Source of the DNA: an uncultured virus (IMG/VR IMGVR_UViG_3300031840_000546)
Taxonomy: Duplodnaviria; Heunggongvirae; Uroviricota; Caudoviricetes
Direction: 5' to 3' (one strand)
Length of the DNA stretch: 57,186 bases
Virus record (IMG/VR): IMGVR_UViG_3300031840_000546
Both the position numbers and the translations under genes were made by a program. Under the pieces are notes generated by a model. The model was given only the letters and a program-made list of their open reading frames with translations. It ran no database searches and was not told the origin of the DNA. Positions 45,841-53,811 of the stretch are shown here, one piece after another (positions within the stretch are counted from its first letter, which is position 1; each line of letters begins with the position of its first letter).

Positions 45841-46341
45841 ATGCTTGAGTTTGATTATACACTTGATTATGACAAAATCGATTTTTCGAATCAACCTGAA
45901 CTATATAGAATCGGTAGAGGAGAACAGGGGGTACTTTTAGTTGAACCATACAAATCAAAAATCTGTAAACACTGGAGATTCCGTACACCAGAAATTGCAT
46001 ATAAATCAGCGAATACTATTACTGCTATGTTCAATGGGTATTTGGATGTGGGTGATTTTGTTGGGGCTGACATGTCTCGCAAGTTTCTTATGATGGGATG
46101 GACGCGAGCAAGACGCTATGCAAATCATCGAAGCGGAAAGAAGTATGACAATCAGGGTAGAATCAAACCTCAAGAGTTAGATCACATGACTTGTGATAAA
46201 GCGGAGTCTGCACGAATCTTCAAACGTGCTTACGATGCTGCACGAACAGATAAAAGATATCGAACGATGGTTCGTGAATGGAGACAGTTAGAAGAACAAC
46301 GCGCCGTGGGAGGAACTGGCATTTCTCAGTACGACTTATAA
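45841..46341 (+). CDS. DUF4385-family protein
   Basis: YRIGRGEQGVL.VEPYKS.I..HWRF.TP..A..S...DM.RKFL.MG.TRARRYANH. Confidence 0.85.
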   Translation: MLEFDYTLDYDKIDFSNQPELYRIGRGEQGVLLVEPYKSKICKHWRFRTPEIAYKSANTITAMFNGYLDVGDFVGADMSRKFLMMGWTRARRYANHRSGKKYDNQGRIKPQELDHMTCDKAESARIFKRAYDAARTDKRYRTMVREWRQLEEQRAVGGTGISQYDL

Positions 46342-46386
46342 TCGTGTAAACTTGGTTCGATTCCAAGACGGCGTACTAGGAGTTTT

Positions 46387-46758
46387 ATGATGAATAGAAA
46401 ACCAACAATTTATGTTGCAGGACCAATGCGTGGTCACCACGATTATAACTATCCTGCATTTGACCGACAGACGCGGGTGCTTCGCGCCCAAGGTTGGGAT
46501 GTAGTAAATCCCGCAGATATGGATCGAACGCAGTTTCAACCAGACAGCGATCCGAATGACTTCAATCCAGATATTAATTATGAGGATCAGGAGTTTATGC
46601 GAGATGCATTGAAACGAGACATGGTGGCGATTTGTGATAAATGCACTGCCATTTATATGATGGCAGGATGGGAATCCTCAAAGGGTGCAAAAGCCGAACA
46701 CGCACTTGCAAAGGCACTTGCACTGGAAGTCTTCTACGAAGCGCCACTTCCAAAATAA
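46387..46758 (+). CDS. DUF4406 / nucleoside-deoxyribosyltransferase-like protein
   Basis: IYVAGPM.G...YN.PAF...V.NPA...C.AIYM..GWE.S.GA.AE. Confidence 0.85.
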   Translation: MMNRKPTIYVAGPMRGHHDYNYPAFDRQTRVLRAQGWDVVNPADMDRTQFQPDSDPNDFNPDINYEDQEFMRDALKRDMVAICDKCTAIYMMAGWESSKGAKAEHALAKALALEVFYEAPLPK

Positions 46759-46761
46759 GTC

Positions 46762-46789
46762 TTGACATACAATCTCGCAAGACTACAAT
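46762..46789 (+). promoter_or_regulatory. Sigma70-like promoter upstream of tRNA-Lys
   Basis: TTGACA-16bp-TACAAT. Confidence 0.65.
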
Positions 46790-46907
46790 ACATGGAACTA
46801 ATGATTAAAGGTATGGTTCGGGCACGACAAAAAACATGCTGATTTGACAACGTTTCAATAAATGTTGTTAAGGTAGCAGGGAGGACACTTCCTGACTACC
46901 AATTCTG

Positions 46908-46980
46908 GATCTCGTAACTCAGTTGGTAGAGTAACGGACTTTTAATCCGTGAGTCGTGGGTTCGAGCCCCACCGAGATCA
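46908..46980 (+). tRNA. tRNA-Lys(UUU)
   Basis: Cloverleaf: GATCTCG/CGAGATC acceptor, ACGGA-CTTTTAA-TCCGT anticodon arm, GTTCGAG T-loop; no encoded CCA. Confidence 0.95.
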
Positions 46981-47004
46981 TAGTCGTTCATAAGGAGAAC
47001 TATA

Positions 47005-47250
47005 ATGGAAATTACTATCCCTCTGGAAACTGTTGTCGTTGTATGCGGAAGTATCGGTTTGGTTTCATATCTCATTCGTAGATGTGAACGCCGAATCAAA
47101 AGTTATGTTGATGATCAGGTTACTACGGCGTATGATAATCTTTATGGCACTGATGATGAAATCAATCGCCGTATTGATGAAGAAATTCACAGCCTTCGCA
47201 TTCAAATCGCAAAAGAAGAAAATTCAAAAGTTTCTCAACTTAATGGTTGA
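47005..47250 (+). CDS. Membrane-anchored coiled-coil protein
   Basis: SD TAAGGAG; N-terminal TM. Confidence 0.65.
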   Translation: MEITIPLETVVVVCGSIGLVSYLIRRCERRIKSYVDDQVTTAYDNLYGTDDEINRRIDEEIHSLRIQIAKEENSKVSQLNG

Positions 47251-47274
47251 CACTTTTTTTAAACTTGTTAAACT
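47247..47274 (+). promoter_or_regulatory. Sigma70-like promoter
   Basis: TTGACA-16bp-TAAACT-6bp-ATG(47281). Confidence 0.7.
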
Positions 47275-47280
47275 AAACAC

Positions 47281-47634
47281 ATGTCAGCGACAAAGACTAA
47301 CGGTGGGTCGAGTCGCTCAATGTTGAAAACACCGAAAAGGATTTTGATTATGTCCAACAATCTCTCTAAGAAGCGTCGTTTGATCAACTACCTCTACAGC
47401 GGTGGTGGTAAGAACAAGGGTATCACTACTAACGAAGCACGTGCCAAGTTTGGTATTGCAAACCTTCGTGCTACCATTAGCGATGTGAAGTCGATGGTCG
47501 AAGCGTTCGGAAACTGGGAAATCGTTTCCGAAGAAACTTCAACGGGTAAGACTCGTTACTTCATGGTGGACACCCACCCAGGCAACCGTACCTACGGTTA
47601 CGCCCAAGACGGTTCCCGTTTTATGATGGCTTGA
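47281..47634 (+). CDS. Winged-helix DNA-binding protein (alternative start 47350)
   Basis: LINYL..G...IT..EARAKFGI.NLRATISD...GKTRY pattern. Confidence 0.7.
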   Translation: MSATKTNGGSSRSMLKTPKRILIMSNNLSKKRRLINYLYSGGGKNKGITTNEARAKFGIANLRATISDVKSMVEAFGNWEIVSEETSTGKTRYFMVDTHPGNRTYGYAQDGSRFMMA

Positions 47635-47740
47635 GTTAGTCATCGATATCACAGAAGTGGGTTGAAAGACCCACCTCTGTTCTAGCCCTCGGGCGACAAT
47701 CGAATATGAATCATGGAGTGAGTTTGATCACTTCGCTCCA

Positions 47741-47894
47741 GCCTGGTGACTGAAAATGTTTTCGTCATGCGGACAAAGGTACTCGTTCCCGCGTCAACGG
47801 TCAAGTGACTGAGATAGGATAGACGAGGTTCTAGTAGGGATATAGCAGCAGTGTGATCCCGAACGATGGTGGTAAACTGAACTCCACCCCAGGC
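47741..47894 (+). ncRNA. Structured ncRNA candidate (manA-like?)
   Basis: Closing stem GCCTGG/CCAGGC enclosing several hairpins in a gene-free gap; GTGACTGAA and GGTGGTAAACTGAACTCCACC segments reminiscent of phage manA RNAs. Confidence 0.45.
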
Positions 47895-47945
47895 ACGAAT
47901 CACTGAATAGGGTCGAAGTAGGGGATGCCTTCGGCCCTATTCTCA

Positions 47946-47953
47946 TATAAATA
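47946..47953 (+). promoter_or_regulatory. T4-type late promoter upstream of hsp20
   Basis: TATAAATA directly after a long hairpin (47905-47942). Confidence 0.65.
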
Positions 47954-48010
47954 ATGTGAGTTGCTGATGTTCAGGACTCAAGTATTACTCGCTTAGAAAA
48001 GGAGAAAAGA

Positions 48011-48433
48011 ATGATTAATACACAACATTTTGTCGGTCTGTCGGAAAAATTTTGGGAAGACATCAATTGGTTTGAATCCCTGTCACGAAGCACACAAACA
48101 TTTCCGCCGTATGACCTTTTACGAATTGATGAAGATAACGCAGTCTTGGAGTTTGCTCTTGCTGGATATGATAAAGAAACAATTGATATTACTGTTAAGC
48201 CTACTGAAACAAATGTTCGCATTCTCGAAGTTTGTGGAGGAGCAAGTGATGATGAGAACGCTGAGGAATCATATGAGCATCGAGGAATCGCACGCAGAAA
48301 GTTTACTGCAAGAATCCCACTCTCACAATACTGGGAAGTTTCTGATGCAAAAATGAGTAATGGAATCTTGTCTGTGAATCTTCATAGAAATGTTCCAGAA
48401 GAAAAGAAACCAGTTACAATTTCAATCAAATAA
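48011..48433 (+). CDS. hsp20: Small heat-shock protein
   Basis: FPPYD, LEFALAGY, HRGIARRKF, A.M.NGILSV.L.R.VPEEKKP..I.I. Confidence 0.95.
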   Translation: MINTQHFVGLSEKFWEDINWFESLSRSTQTFPPYDLLRIDEDNAVLEFALAGYDKETIDITVKPTETNVRILEVCGGASDDENAEESYEHRGIARRKFTARIPLSQYWEVSDAKMSNGILSVNLHRNVPEEKKPVTISIK

Positions 48434-48498
48434 CACTTGGGACTGATGAGAGAAATCTTATCAGTTCTTTTATTGACAACACTCTGAAAGAAGGTACA

Positions 48499-48663
48499 AT
48501 GAGCGCAGGTAAAGGTGATACATATCGAAAAGTAAACCAGAGTAAATGGGATGAAAATTGGGAGAAGGTTTTCGGTGATAAGCACAGGAAAAGACACACA
48601 CAATCAAATGCAAAAAGCGTACCTCAAGGGAAAAAGAAATCCACTTCCCGTGGTAAGCGTTGA
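48499..48663 (+). CDS. 54-aa basic peptide (not in ORF track)
   Basis: MSAGKGDTYRKVNQSKWDENWEKVFG..., a GKG..R....ENW..IFG pattern common in T4-like phages. Confidence 0.6.
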   Translation: MSAGKGDTYRKVNQSKWDENWEKVFGDKHRKRHTQSNAKSVPQGKKKSTSRGKR

Positions 48664-48705
48664 TACTAAGAAGTGGATTCAAGAGTTGAAGAAAAAGGAT
48701 TCAAA

Positions 48706-49035
48706 ATGAGTGAAGTAAAAATTGTTCGTGTTCACAGTGGTGAAGAGTTGATCGGTCAAGTTACAGAAACCGATACAGGTATTCATATTGATAAGCCTGC
48801 AATTATTTTACCTGCTGGTGAAGGTCGTATTGGTCTTGCTCCATACCTTCCTTATGGTGATGCAGAAGAGAATGGTGTAGACTTCAAGGATATTCATGTC
48901 GTGTTCATGATGAATCCTGTCGAAGAGTTTCGTAATCAATACACACAATCATTCGTAAATGGTTTGACGATTCCAACTGCTGCTGAGTCTGCCGCTATCA
49001 ACGCTGCTGACGGTTTGAAGTTGACGACTGACTAA
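48706..49035 (+). CDS. Conserved T4-like small Sm-like protein
   Basis: VKIVR..SGEELIG...P......IGLAPYLPY. Confidence 0.75.
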   Translation: MSEVKIVRVHSGEELIGQVTETDTGIHIDKPAIILPAGEGRIGLAPYLPYGDAEENGVDFKDIHVVFMMNPVEEFRNQYTQSFVNGLTIPTAAESAAINAADGLKLTTD

Positions 49036-49175
49036 TGGCTAGGTTAACTAATTCACAACAGGCGCATGTCCAACGTCTTCTTAAAGGTGGAAAGACACGC
49101 AAGAGTAAAGTCAAAGCAAAAGCATCTCGTTCAAGAACATCACGTTCTGGTAATGGTTCGAGACTGAAGTATTAA
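49035..49175 (+). CDS. 46-aa basic peptide (not in ORF track)
   Basis: MARLTNSQQAHVQRLLKGGKTRKSKVKAKASRSRTSRSGNGSRLKY; TAATG coupling. Confidence 0.5.
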   Translation: MARLTNSQQAHVQRLLKGGKTRKSKVKAKASRSRTSRSGNGSRLKY

Positions 49176-49181
49176 TCTTCG

Positions 49182-49254
49182 GCTCTCGTAGCATAACGGA
49201 TAATGCAACTGACTTCTAATCAGTAGATTGCAGGTTCGAATCCTGCCGAGAGCG
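49182..49254 (+). tRNA. tRNA-Arg(UCU)
   Basis: GCTCTCG/CGAGAGC acceptor; ACTGA-CTTCTAA-TCAGT; GGTTCGAATCC. Confidence 0.95.
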
Positions 49255-49271
49255 TTCCTTCGGAGGGCAGA

Positions 49272-49344
49272 TCCCCAATAGTTCAGTTGGTAGAACAATC
49301 GGCTGTTAACCGATATGTCGCAGGTTCGAGTCCTGCTTGGGGAG
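49272..49344 (+). tRNA. tRNA-Asn(GUU)
   Basis: TCCCCAA/TTGGGGA acceptor; ATCGG-CTGTTAA-CCGAT; GGTTCGAGTCC. Confidence 0.95.
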
Positions 49345-49357
49345 TTTAAAAAATGAC

Positions 49358-49386
49358 TTGACATGTAACGTTCAACTCGTTACACT
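49358..49386 (+). promoter_or_regulatory. Sigma70-like promoter
   Basis: TTGACA-17bp-TACACT followed by SD AAGGAG. Confidence 0.65.
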
Positions 49387-49404
49387 TTTGAAAAGGAGAT
49401 TATT

Positions 49405-49569
49405 ATGAAAGATACACTCGCAAAAATTTGTTACGGTCTTGGTTTTGGATCTATCGCCTTCTCAGTTTTCGCCTATTCCGCATGGGGTATTGATGAAGCC
49501 ACTTACGTTGGTCTGTGGGTTCCTTCATTCTTCCTTGTTGGTTTTTTCTTTGAGCGTTCTGATGCCTAA
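49405..49569 (+). CDS. 54-aa two-TM membrane protein (not in ORF track)
   Basis: MKDTLAKICYGLGFGSIAFSVFAYSAWGIDEATYVGLWVPSFFLVGFFFERSDA; SD AAGGAG. Confidence 0.65.
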   Translation: MKDTLAKICYGLGFGSIAFSVFAYSAWGIDEATYVGLWVPSFFLVGFFFERSDA

Positions 49570-49723
49570 TAGTAAGCAGATTGATGTAAAAGCAAAACAT
49601 CGTAAGCGTAAGAATCGACGTAAACAAAAGAGCATCGAACAATTAGGTAACGCAAAGAAAAAGACAATGCGTGAATTAAAAGCAATCGGTTCTCTTCCCA
49701 ACATCTATAAGGATCGTATCTAA
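49562..49723 (+). CDS. Small basic protein MPNSKQ...
   Basis: Probable true start inside ORF 49439..49723; K/R rich. Confidence 0.55.
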   Translation: MPNSKQIDVKAKHRKRKNRRKQKSIEQLGNAKKKTMRELKAIGSLPNIYKDRI

Positions 49724-49950
49724 TGGAATTCAACGAATCAATCAATGTTAAGTATACCATTACAAATGACTGTGATGCTAACCCTGCACTCTACCTATAC
49801 AACGTAGACGCAACTGATCAAGGTGGTGGTTTTGATCTTGACACACTCGATGAATTTATTAAACTGTTACGAGAGCAGCGTGATATCATTGAGTCCCGTA
49901 TGAACGCAGAAACCACAGCGGAGTTATTTGATGGCGAAAAGAGTGATTGA
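49723..49950 (+). CDS. Hypothetical acidic protein
   Basis: TAATG coupling. Confidence 0.55.
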   Translation: MEFNESINVKYTITNDCDANPALYLYNVDATDQGGGFDLDTLDEFIKLLREQRDIIESRMNAETTAELFDGEKSD

Positions 49951-50116
49951 TCAATTTGACCTTGAAGCAGAGCGTGAAGGATCAGCGGTGAAGCGTCACA
50001 CCGTGGTCCGCTCTGCTTGGGGTAAAGGTACAATAAAGTCTCGTCGCGGACGTAAAGATGCAGAAGCAGCAATCGAGCGTCGGACAGTCAAAGGTCACTA
50101 TTCGAGGAGTGTCTAA
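49931..50116 (+). CDS. Small basic hypothetical protein
   Basis: SD GGAG; coupled to the downstream gene. Confidence 0.55.
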   Translation: MAKRVIDQFDLEAEREGSAVKRHTVVRSAWGKGTIKSRRGRKDAEAAIERRTVKGHYSRSV

Positions 50117-50325
50117 TGAAGTGTATCGAATGTGGAAATGATATTCCTGCTATGCGTCTTGAAGCAGCACCAGGCACACATCACTGTGTAAAGTGTGTCG
50201 ATAAACATATTCCTGAACGTAAGGGTTATATGATCTATGGTCATAAGACTGCTGGTGAAATTGTCATGGCGGAGGGAAGTGAGAACATTCGTCGTCTTGA
50301 GCGTGAGTATTTTAGGAGTCGGTAA
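50116..50325 (+). CDS. DksA/TraR-type C4 zinc-finger protein
   Basis: CIECG..IP..RLEA.P....CVKC. Confidence 0.85.
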   Translation: MKCIECGNDIPAMRLEAAPGTHHCVKCVDKHIPERKGYMIYGHKTAGEIVMAEGSENIRRLEREYFRSR

Positions 50326-50543
50326 TGAGTGAATTTTTAGTTGGTGAAAAAGTTATTATGAAAAGCAGCCTTTCGCATGGTTTGATCATCGAAAAAAAAG
50401 ATGATCAGATCTTAGTGCAAACTGAGGATGGATTAAAGCAGTGGGTTTCATCAGAAGGTGTTTTTCGTATGCTGTTAGAAACTGAACCTGAACCAAAGTC
50501 AATGGATCACCTCAGTGAATTATGGGATATTGATAAGTTTTAG
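50325..50543 (+). CDS. Small SH3-like hypothetical protein
   Basis: F.VGEKV......G.I......ILV....G..W pattern. Confidence 0.55.
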   Translation: MSEFLVGEKVIMKSSLSHGLIIEKKDDQILVQTEDGLKQWVSSEGVFRMLLETEPEPKSMDHLSELWDIDKF

Positions 50544-50605
50544 TCTGCTGATATGGAATCGACTGGATGTAGCAACTGATACACCAAAGATTTTATACGC
50601 TTTTA

Positions 50606-50677
50606 GCCAACGTAGCACAACGGTAGTGCAGTTCACTTGTAATGAACAGGTTGCTGGTTCGAATCCAGTCGTTGGCT
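50606..50677 (+). tRNA. tRNA-Thr(UGU)
   Basis: GCCAACG/CGTTGGC acceptor; GTTCA-CTTGTAA-TGAAC; GGTTCGAATCC. Confidence 0.95.
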
Positions 50678-50681
50678 TTCA

Positions 50682-50754
50682 GGCGACATAGCCCAACGGC
50701 AGAGGCAGTGGACTTAAAATCCATCCAGTGCGGGTTCGAATCCCGCTGTCGCTA
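50682..50754 (+). tRNA. tRNA-Leu(UAA), short variable region
   Basis: GGCGACA/TGTCGCT acceptor; GTGGA-CTTAAAA-TCCAT; GGTTCGAATCC. Confidence 0.92.
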
Positions 50755-51696
50755 CTAATAAGAAGAACCACCACCTCCACCACCGCTCCCGCGAGTAGAT
50801 CGTGATCGAGTCGGTGGTCTTTCATTTCTGTTTGTAGTTTGTCTTCGTATATTTCTACCTATCTCCGCTGGTTCCGTCACACTTGCTGGTGTTCTACGGT
50901 TGATCACGTTATTTCCCCGTAGGGGTTGTGAAATATTTGCATTTGCTGTAACACCTTGTGGAGATTTTTTATTCACCGTTAAGAGATTTATTTTAGTCTC
51001 CATACCAATACGATCTTCATCGATGCTGATCTGCGGAGTAACTACCATCTCCTCTAAACCATCTACACTATTCATTTGTAATATAGTAAACTGTGAGTTG
51101 TTTCCCTGTGACCCTTCAATTTTTATAACCGATCCAACATCCAGTCCCATAGTTGTAAAACTCGGTGCGTTGACATAATTTAGTATTTTGCTCAACGTTT
51201 TATTACTATTTAAATTACGATCCTTTGAAAATTGTAATGGTCGTAAAAAATGTCTACCCAACAAAACTTTTTGATACATCTCACCAGAGAATGGTTTATC
51301 TTTCTCTGCAATTATAAAACTACTGTTTTTATATTTTCTAAATTTATATGTCCCAGCGAGTATGTCTGACTTCTTTTGTGTTCCGTCTGTCCACTCACCA
51401 AGTCCTTTTGGAATCTCAAAAGAGTCACCACTTTTTAAATTAGAGAAAAAACCTGATATGCTATCGGAGTCATGATCACTCAGACTGTCATACTCAAACA
51501 TGACTAAGTTTCTTTGATTAGAAAATCCTACGATCACTCGATTCGGGAATCCTTTGAGATCGGTTTGAGTTATTTTTCTTAAATTAACAGATCTCTGAAA
51601 TACCATACCCAACGATACAAATGTTTTTTGTACGACATATGATTGTTCAACAGATTGCTTCTTCGCTTTTCTCTTTCGTTGAGAAGAAGGTTTCAT
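50755..51696 (-). CDS. Hypothetical (probably virion-associated) protein
   Basis: Long ORF; ends SGGGGGGSSY as seen in some T4-like baseplate-region proteins. Confidence 0.65.
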   Translation of the reverse strand: MKPSSQRKRKAKKQSVEQSYVVQKTFVSLGMVFQRSVNLRKITQTDLKGFPNRVIVGFSNQRNLVMFEYDSLSDHDSDSISGFFSNLKSGDSFEIPKGLGEWTDGTQKKSDILAGTYKFRKYKNSSFIIAEKDKPFSGEMYQKVLLGRHFLRPLQFSKDRNLNSNKTLSKILNYVNAPSFTTMGLDVGSVIKIEGSQGNNSQFTILQMNSVDGLEEMVVTPQISIDEDRIGMETKINLLTVNKKSPQGVTANANISQPLRGNNVINRRTPASVTEPAEIGRNIRRQTTNRNERPPTRSRSTRGSGGGGGGSSY

Positions 51697-51698
51697 AT

Positions 51699-53405
51699 TT
51701 ACGACCCGATGAAGTTTATAGTTTGCTGTAATCTATTTTTACTCGATGCAAAAATTTGATTCGTATTACTAATCTCTAAGAAGATACTCTCTCCAGGCTC
51801 AATTGTAAAACCAGTGTTTGCATTGGTGACTGTGCTTCTACCACCGATTACAATCGAACCTGTATTAGATGGATCAGCCTGAATATGAACACCCGATGTA
51901 ATTACATTATTACCCAAGTTACGAGGGTTGTTCGAAACTACAACAGATCCAGAGACGAGTGCTGGTGGTTGTTTGTTTTCTGTAACTACAACATTAAATG
52001 CAGTTTGCTGACCAGCAGTGAAACCTGTGGATGCTGTACGCAAGAACGTATCAATATCATTTTTAACATCTCTAACATCACTTCTAATATTGAACGTATC
52101 GGATCTCATACCAAGTTCAGAGAAGAAGTTTGTGAAAAGATTATTCAAAGATGTTTTGAGTTCTTGAACATTTTCTGATATCGCACCACCAACACTAACT
52201 GTGTCGGTCGCTGATGTTAACGCTCTCGTGTTTAAACCAGATGGACTTGCAACTTCTATAGCACCTCCACCAAGCGGTCCCTTGACCACAACTTCGCTAC
52301 CTGTGATACCTCTAATCTTAAGACCATCTCCTGTAGCATTCTTCACATGCACGTTTGTGCTGAGGGTGACGTTACCTGTGAATGTTCCGTTATCAATCGC
52401 AACTTTCAACGCTCCGTTACCAGACACACCAAGAGGATTACCACTTGAATCAAAGATCTTAACATGAGCAGCAGTAGATCCGTCGAAACCACCAACTGCA
52501 ACGTTGTCTCTTCCATACTCAAGACTTCTTACTTCAAAACTACCACCAGCAGGCATGTGAGATAATCGCACACCACCAGTGACTTCAACTGCGGTAGCAC
52601 CCTTGATACCGATGATACCAACACGGTCACCATCTGTGTTACCTTGGAAAGCAGTTTCTAACGATGACGGAACACCGTTTGATGGATATTGTAATTTACG
52701 AATTTGTAAACCACCCGTTGTCCCTGTAATTCCAACAGGAGTGCCGTGTCGCATACCTTGAACTGCAACGGTATCAATATCTTTTTCGAGTGTTCGTCTG
52801 TTTTCGGTTGTTAATTTATAACCAGTTGCTCCCGTGTAACCCAGAGGACCAGCGTACAGACTACGAATCTCTGGTTTTGCAGACTTCGAACCAAAGGTGA
52901 TGCTAAACGGAACCATGTCTGCTCCCACACTTTGAACGCTACCAGTAACTTTCACTGGAGCAAAGTGCGTTTCACTGATTCTGCCAGGACCGTAAGCGGT
53001 AGGACCGCTCTTACCAAACGTAGGACCAACAACTTGAATTATAGATGTAACCGTAACGTTTGTTCTGGCGTTATGATTACCCATATCACCGATCTTGATT
53101 CTTTCGTTCTCAAGACGAACACCACCAGTTACTTTTAGAGCCTCGGATGCTGCATCGATAATCGCACCCGTATATCCTGTGTGGGAGTTTGAAGATCCCA
53201 TGATTTGAACGGGGAGTGGTTTGATCCTAGATACACGATTAACTGTATCAGTATCACCCCAAGCAGGTTTCACGATTTGAACGTGTGCGCCTGTAAAACC
53301 TGTTCCACCACCTGCACCAAAGTCAGTTGCGATTGTATAAGTAGCACCACCAATAATAACATTATCACCTGTTTGACCTGACGCTAGGTATGGTTCGAAT
53401 CCCAT
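51699..53405 (-). CDS. Gly/Thr-rich structural (fibre/baseplate-like) protein
   Basis: Repeated GxTG motifs, IATD...HVQIVK..WG N-terminus, beta-rich C-terminal domain; SD AGGAG before ATG 53405. Confidence 0.65.
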   Translation of the reverse strand: MGFEPYLASGQTGDNVIIGGATYTIATDFGAGGGTGFTGAHVQIVKPAWGDTDTVNRVSRIKPLPVQIMGSSNSHTGYTGAIIDAASEALKVTGGVRLENERIKIGDMGNHNARTNVTVTSIIQVVGPTFGKSGPTAYGPGRISETHFAPVKVTGSVQSVGADMVPFSITFGSKSAKPEIRSLYAGPLGYTGATGYKLTTENRRTLEKDIDTVAVQGMRHGTPVGITGTTGGLQIRKLQYPSNGVPSSLETAFQGNTDGDRVGIIGIKGATAVEVTGGVRLSHMPAGGSFEVRSLEYGRDNVAVGGFDGSTAAHVKIFDSSGNPLGVSGNGALKVAIDNGTFTGNVTLSTNVHVKNATGDGLKIRGITGSEVVVKGPLGGGAIEVASPSGLNTRALTSATDTVSVGGAISENVQELKTSLNNLFTNFFSELGMRSDTFNIRSDVRDVKNDIDTFLRTASTGFTAGQQTAFNVVVTENKQPPALVSGSVVVSNNPRNLGNNVITSGVHIQADPSNTGSIVIGGRSTVTNANTGFTIEPGESIFLEISNTNQIFASSKNRLQQTINFIGS

Positions 53406-53447
53406 TTGATATCTCCTGTAAGTAACATAAATATATAGGAAAAATAG

Positions 53448-53475
53448 TTGACCTGAATCTGACACACCTTATAAT
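53448..53475 (+). promoter_or_regulatory. Sigma70-like promoter for gene 33
   Basis: TTGACC-16bp-TATAAT. Confidence 0.65.
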
Positions 53476-53493
53476 TCAACAAAAGGAGTTGAT

Positions 53494-53715
53494 ATGGGTA
53501 TACCAGAATTAAAAGACGTATCGGAAAAAGTCGAGAGTCATGCAAGAAACTTCAAGACATCTTATATAGACGCTGTTGTTAAAGTGGCGGAAGAGAACGA
53601 GATTGACATCGAGGTAATAGGTAAGTTTCTTACAAAGCCTATTAAAGAAAAACTTGAAATAGAAGGCAGAGACTTAAACTTAATCCGTTCAAAGAAACCA
53701 AAACTACCTTTTTAA
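53494..53715 (+). CDS. 33: Late-transcription coactivator gp33
   Basis: SYIDAVV...EENEIDIE...K.L.KPIKEKLE.E...LNL......LP. Confidence 0.9.
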   Translation: MGIPELKDVSEKVESHARNFKTSYIDAVVKVAEENEIDIEVIGKFLTKPIKEKLEIEGRDLNLIRSKKPKLPF

Positions 53716-53716
53716 G

Positions 53717-53796
53717 TTGACATCGTTTTTCGTTTATGGTATAAATACATCGAAGCGGGGAGTTCCCGCGAAGTTTAGTGCGGGGGAGTTCCTCGC
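53717..53796 (+). promoter_or_regulatory. Gene 32 control region: overlapping sigma70 and late promoters plus twin leader hairpins
   Basis: TTGACA-17bp-TATAAA(TA); hairpins GCGGG-GAGTT-CCCGC and GCGGGG-GAGTT-CCTCGC. Confidence 0.7.
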
Positions 53797-53811
53797 GGAA
53801 AGGATAAAAAT

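Noticed and set aside
48473..48500. TTGACA-16bp-TACAAT promoter for the 48499 peptide
   Set aside because: The -10 element overlaps that ATG, so it cannot drive this gene; it may serve downstream genes, left uncalled
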